Assembly (NCBI GenBank): GCA_964637705.1
Contig: CAZWVM010000001.1
Location: 29,985-93,984, forward strand
Length of the DNA: 64,000 bases
Reading direction: 5' to 3'
Source: an uncultured bacterium
GTDB lineage: Bacteria > UBA8481
Shown piece after piece: positions 60,032 to 64,000 of the stretch. A model generated the notes under the pieces. It was given only the letters and a program-made list of their open reading frames with translations, had not been told where the DNA came from and made no database searches. The translations under genes and the position numbers were made by a program. Numbering within the stretch: the first letter of the stretch is position 1; each line of letters begins with the position of its first letter.

Positions 60032-62212
60032 ATGAGGTCCCCGGACACAGGCTTGCTGAAAGGCGTATCGGTCCGCTCCGGCGGTCGCGTCAGCATCCGG
60101 TTCTCCCTCGCGACCCTGGTCAGCTTCTGCGTCGTGGTCGCGGCCTTCCTGACGCTCGTCCTCGTCTTCTCGGCCGCCCGCGACTCCGCCCGCATGCTCC
60201 TCGTCCAGGTCATGCGCGAACTGAATCAGAACCTGCGCTCCCAGGCCTCTCTCTACCTCAACCAGGCCGGCCGCGCGCTCGAGACCGTCCGGACGCTTCA
60301 TGACGCGGGCGGCTTCGAGGAATCCGGCCGGCGCGCCCTGGATCGTTTTCTCGTCACCCTCATGGAGAACAACCCCCAGTTCGCCGATGTCTTCGTGGCG
60401 TCGCGGGACGGGCAATACATCGGGCTCAAGCGCATGCCCGACGGATCCCTGAGCGTTCGCAGCGTGAGGCGCGAAGCCGGTCGCGTGCTCACGCGGTGGA
60501 ATCACGCCGCGGCCGCGTGGACCGCGTCCTTCCCCGACGCGGATGAGCCGGTGAGCAGCGGGTATGACCCCCGGACGCGCCCCTGGTATCGTGCCGCCGT
60601 CGAGTCGAAGGGCCTGGCCTGGTCCGACGTCTACTTCTTCTCCACGACGCGCCGCCCCGGCGTCACCTGCTCCCTCCCGATCTACGGAGACGACACCGCG
60701 ACGCCCCGCTTCGTCGTCGGCATCAACATCGGGCTCGAGGCCTTCTCCCATTTCCTGGGCACGAAGCTCCGGGACCGGATCTTCGTCGTCATCCTGGATG
60801 ACGCGCGCCGCGTCGTCGCCCTCCCTCTCGCCCCGGGGGATGAAATGCCCGTGTCGAACGACGGCACGGCCACGGGGGGAGACGAACCCGGGCTCCCGAG
60901 GCTGGAGGAGAGCGGAAAGGCGGACCTGGTCGCCATGCTCATGTCTCTCGAGGGCGCCGATCCGCTCGAGGAAGCGACGGCCGGCGCGCGGGAGTTCATC
61001 GGCGAATTCGAGACCGCGGGCGAGCCTCATCTCGGGCTTCGCTACTCCCTCGCCGGCGAGACCCCCTGGAACTGGACGGTCCACGTCATGGTCCCGGAGG
61101 GGATCTACATGGATGCCGTGCAGGACCGGATCATCGCGGCGGTCCTCGCCTCGCTCCTCCTCATCGCCCTCGCCCTCGCGCTCGGTCTCGTGCTCTCCCG
61201 CCGCATCGCCGAACCCATGAAGCGGCTGGCGGCGGACATGGCGCGCGTCGAGCACTTCGACCTCGACGGGGATCATGGCGTGACGAGCCAGATCCGTGAG
61301 ATCGACGGGATCGCCAAGGCTTTCGACCGCATGAAGACCGGTCTTCGTTCCTTCCGCAAGTACGTGCCGGCCGATCTCGTCAAGAGCCTCGTCCGGCTCG
61401 GGCAGGAGGCGGACCTGGGCGGAGAGAGGCGCGAGATGACGGTCTACTTCTCGGACATCGCCGGCTTCACGACGATCTCGGAGCGCATGGACCCGGAGCA
61501 GCTCGTCCACCATCTCTCCGCCTATTTCTCCGACCTCGGCACCGTCTTCCGCGAGAACCGCGGCACGATCGACAAGTACATCGGCGACGCGATCATGGCC
61601 TTCTGGAACGCCCCGGAACGCGCCGAGAACCACGCGGAGCTGGGCTGCCGCACGGCGCTCCAGGTCCAGGCGCGCCTCGCCGTCCTCAACAGCCGCTGGC
61701 GCTCCGAGGGCCGGCCCGAGCTCGGCACCCGTTGCGGTCTCTCCACGGGGGAGGTCATCGTCGGCAACATGGGTTCCGAGGACCGGTTGAACTACACGGT
61801 GATCGGTGACACCGCCAACCTGGCCAGCCGCCTCGAGGGCCTGAACAAGTATTACGGCACGAGGATCATGCTGAGCGAGTCGACCTGGGAGCGCGTCAAG
61901 GAGTCGTTCCGAGCCCGGCGGCTCGATTACGTCGCGGTCAAGGGCAAGACGAAGCCGGTCGCCGTCTACGAGTTGCTCGCGGAGGGGCGGATCCTTCCGC
62001 CCGAGGAAGAGCGTTTCGTCGCGGTCTACGAGGAGGCCCTCTCGCTCCACGTCGCTCGCCGCTGGACCGACGCGATCCGGAAGCTCGATGAAGCCCTCCG
62101 CTTGAGACCGGACGACCTGGCCTCGCGCGGCCTGCGCGAGCGGTGCGAGGACTGCATCACCTCGCCGCCTCCCCCCGACTGGAACGGCAGCCACGTCATG
62201 GAGTCGAAGTAG
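60032..62212 (+). CDS. Membrane-bound class III adenylate/guanylate cyclase with periplasmic Cache-like sensor and HAMP domain, 726 aa
   Basis: ORF track. Two TM helices flank a ~300 aa periplasmic domain; HAMP follows. Cyclase core: MTVYFSDIAGFTTISE...KYIGDAIMAFWNAP...GNMGSEDRLNYTVIGDTANLASRLE. Confidence 0.85.
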   Translation: MRSPDTGLLKGVSVRSGGRVSIRFSLATLVSFCVVVAAFLTLVLVFSAARDSARMLLVQVMRELNQNLRSQASLYLNQAGRALETVRTLHDAGGFEESGRRALDRFLVTLMENNPQFADVFVASRDGQYIGLKRMPDGSLSVRSVRREAGRVLTRWNHAAAAWTASFPDADEPVSSGYDPRTRPWYRAAVESKGLAWSDVYFFSTTRRPGVTCSLPIYGDDTATPRFVVGINIGLEAFSHFLGTKLRDRIFVVILDDARRVVALPLAPGDEMPVSNDGTATGGDEPGLPRLEESGKADLVAMLMSLEGADPLEEATAGAREFIGEFETAGEPHLGLRYSLAGETPWNWTVHVMVPEGIYMDAVQDRIIAAVLASLLLIALALALGLVLSRRIAEPMKRLAADMARVEHFDLDGDHGVTSQIREIDGIAKAFDRMKTGLRSFRKYVPADLVKSLVRLGQEADLGGERREMTVYFSDIAGFTTISERMDPEQLVHHLSAYFSDLGTVFRENRGTIDKYIGDAIMAFWNAPERAENHAELGCRTALQVQARLAVLNSRWRSEGRPELGTRCGLSTGEVIVGNMGSEDRLNYTVIGDTANLASRLEGLNKYYGTRIMLSESTWERVKESFRARRLDYVAVKGKTKPVAVYELLAEGRILPPEEERFVAVYEEALSLHVARRWTDAIRKLDEALRLRPDDLASRGLRERCEDCITSPPPPDWNGSHVMESK

Positions 62213-62267
62213 CCGTCCGGCGGCGCCGGGTTGCGGGGCGTATCCCGCGCAGCCTGCCCTTGATTCC

Positions 62268-63254
62268 ATGAACACAGGGACTTATGATCGAGGCATGAAG
62301 GAAGAGATCCCGAGCGAAACTCCTGCGAGGTCGGCCCCGCGCACGATCCGTTTCCTGATCGGGATGGCGCTCGGCTGTCTCGTCGTCGTCTCCTTCATGC
62401 TCTGGACGCAGGACAGGGACGAGGCCACGCTGGGATCACCCGGCCACCCGGTCATCTTCATGCTCTCGCCCGAGCACGGGCGCAACCTCACTTCGGAGGA
62501 CCGGACGGCGCTGGTCGATCTCCTCGAGAAGGGGAGCGGACTGAGAATCGAGATCCTCGTGGCCGCGACTCCCCTCGCCGCCATCGAATCCTTCGGCGCC
62601 CACGCGGACGTCGGGCTCCTGAACCTCTTCGAATACATCCTGGCCCGCCGCGAGTACGGCGTCTCCGCGGCGCTCCAGGCCACGCGCGACGACGGGCGGT
62701 CGCACTACGCGGGCGCAATCGCAGTCCGCGCGGCCGACGACTTCCAGTCCCCGGCCGACCTGGCCGGGAAGACCGTCGCCTATGTCGATCCCTTCTCCAC
62801 CTCCGGGTTCGTCTTCCCGGCCCGGCTCTTCCGGGACGGAGGCTACGACGTGAAGCCGCTGTTCTGCGGCAGTCACGAGGGCGTGCTCGATGGCCTGATC
62901 GAGGGAAAGGCCGAGGCGGCGGCCACCTATGCCGCCGCCGTCGAGAACGACTCGCGCTTCCGCATCATCGCGCGGACCGAGCACATTCCCCACGAACCTC
63001 TGTTCTTCAGGAACTCGGTCCGCGATGAGAAGCGCGCGCGCCTCATCGCGGCCTTCACCGGCCTTGCGGGGTCGTCCGAGGGCGCCCGGCTTCTCGCTCT
63101 CCTCGCCGACATCAGGGGTTTCAGGGCGACGACGGACGAGGATTACGCGCCCGTGATGACCGCGGTCCGTCGCGCCGGCGTCTCGGTTTACTCGCTCGTT
63201 CCGGAAGGCATCCACGTCGAATCGCGGCGGCGGGGCATCGAGATTCTCTACTGA
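62268..63254 (+). CDS. PhnD/SsuA-family (phosphonate/phosphate-type) periplasmic substrate-binding protein, 328 aa
   Basis: ORF track. Signal/[17 protein letters not shown]. Family-like segments [38 protein letters not shown]. Confidence 0.7.
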   Translation: MNTGTYDRGMKEEIPSETPARSAPRTIRFLIGMALGCLVVVSFMLWTQDRDEATLGSPGHPVIFMLSPEHGRNLTSEDRTALVDLLEKGSGLRIEILVAATPLAAIESFGAHADVGLLNLFEYILARREYGVSAALQATRDDGRSHYAGAIAVRAADDFQSPADLAGKTVAYVDPFSTSGFVFPARLFRDGGYDVKPLFCGSHEGVLDGLIEGKAEAAATYAAAVENDSRFRIIARTEHIPHEPLFFRNSVRDEKRARLIAAFTGLAGSSEGARLLALLADIRGFRATTDEDYAPVMTAVRRAGVSVYSLVPEGIHVESRRRGIEILY

Positions 63255-63270
63255 CCGGAGCCGCCTCTTC

Positions 63271-64000
63271 ATGAACGACATCGCCCATCGTCGCACCTTC
63301 GCCATCATCTCGCACCCCGACGCCGGCAAGACGACCCTGACCGAGAAACTTCTCCTCTACGGCGGCGCCCTGCGGCTCGCGGGCACGGTCACGGCCCGGA
63401 AGCACGAGCGCGCGACGGCGTCGGACTGGATGGAACTGGAGAAACAGCGCGGCATCTCCATCAGTTCGACCCTCCTGCAGTTCGACTACAGCGGCTTCAA
63501 GGTGAACCTCCTCGACACGCCCGGCCACCGCGACTTCTCCGAGGACACCTACCGCGTCCTCACCGCCGTCGACTCGGCCATCATGGTGATCGACGCGGGC
63601 AAGGGCATCGAGGCGCAGACGAGGAAGCTCTTCGAGGTCTGCCGACGGCGCGGCGTCCCGATCTTCACCTTCATGAACAAGCTCGACCGCCCCGCCCTCT
63701 CCCCTCTCGACCTTCTCGACGAACTGGAGAAGATCCTCGGCATCGGATCGGTGCCGATGAACTGGCCGCTCGGGTCCGGTCCCGGCTTCCGCGGGGTGTA
63801 TGACCGGCAGGAGAGGAAAGTCTGCCTCTTCGAACGCACGCCCGGCGGAGCCTACAAGGCGCCGATCAACGTCATGGACCTGCACGATCCCCTGATCCGC
63901 GAGAAATGCCTGCCGGAGGACTACACGCGGTTCATCGAGGAGGCGGAGATCCTCGACGCGGCCTGCGCGCCCTTCGACCGCGACGCCGTGCTGGCGGGGA
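63271..64000 (+). CDS. prfC: Peptide chain release factor 3, N-terminal 243 aa (partial; runs off window end)
   Basis: ATG at 63271. [33 protein letters not shown] (G1 motif), DTPGHRDF (G3), NKLD (G4). Not in ORF track because it has no in-window stop. Confidence 0.9.
   Translation, partial: MNDIAHRRTFAIISHPDAGKTTLTEKLLLYGGALRLAGTVTARKHERATASDWMELEKQRGISISSTLLQFDYSGFKVNLLDTPGHRDFSEDTYRVLTAVDSAIMVIDAGKGIEAQTRKLFEVCRRRGVPIFTFMNKLDRPALSPLDLLDELEKILGIGSVPMNWPLGSGPGFRGVYDRQERKVCLFERTPGGAYKAPINVMDLHDPLIREKCLPEDYTRFIEEAEILDAACAPFDRDAVLAG

Noticed and set aside
62213-62267. Palindrome CCGGCGGCGCCGG after the cyclase gene
   Set aside because: The stem has essentially no loop and no following U-tract. 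Too weak to call a terminator or operator.
59909-62275. Upstream 790 codons of track ORF 59168..62275 (-)
   Set aside because: Antisense to the adenylate cyclase gene. Only the last 246 codons (the PPTase) show motifs.
63121-63885. 254-aa minus-strand ORF
   Set aside because: Antisense of prfC, whose G-domain motifs are unmistakable on the plus strand.

Overview
This is a ~70% GC window from a Gram-negative-type genome, judged from a secretin, lipoprotein lipoboxes and periplasmic binding proteins.

Positions 1-47280 are one co-directional minus-strand operon of seven genes. They encode a fatty-acyl-AMP-ligase (FAAL)-primed hybrid PKS/NRPS assembly line. The module order is FAAL-ACP-KS-AT-KR-ACP | P-loop kinase-like protein | KS-AT-KR-ACP | C-A-T-E / C-A-T / KS-AT-KR-ACP / C-A-T | C-A-T / C-A(MT)-T / C-A-T | KS-AT-KR-DH-ER-ACP | C-A... 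The last gene runs off the left edge. No terminal TE is in the window, so the line continues beyond position 1. Every gene junction is a 4-nt ATGA or GTGA stop/start overlap.

To the right of a 354-bp lower-GC promoter region there is an accessory neighbourhood:
- three paralogous DUF697/YcjF-like small proteins;
- a small two-TM protein plus an orphan secretin;
- a minus-strand operon (Cache-domain membrane protein, SyrD/PvdE-type cyclic-peptide ABC exporter, ParA-like ATPase, DUF697, type II thioesterase, SPFH/band-7 protein, Leu/Ile/Val-type binding lipoprotein);
- an Sfp-type PPTase;
- a Cache-HAMP class III adenylate cyclase;
- a PhnD-like binding protein;
- the 5' end of prfC.

The many long plus-strand ORFs over 1-47 kb are antisense shadow frames of the megasynthase genes and are rejected.

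Domain calls come from motifs read by eye in the provided translations. Coordinates of domains and repeats are approximate (+/- a few nt). I could not run any search or computation.
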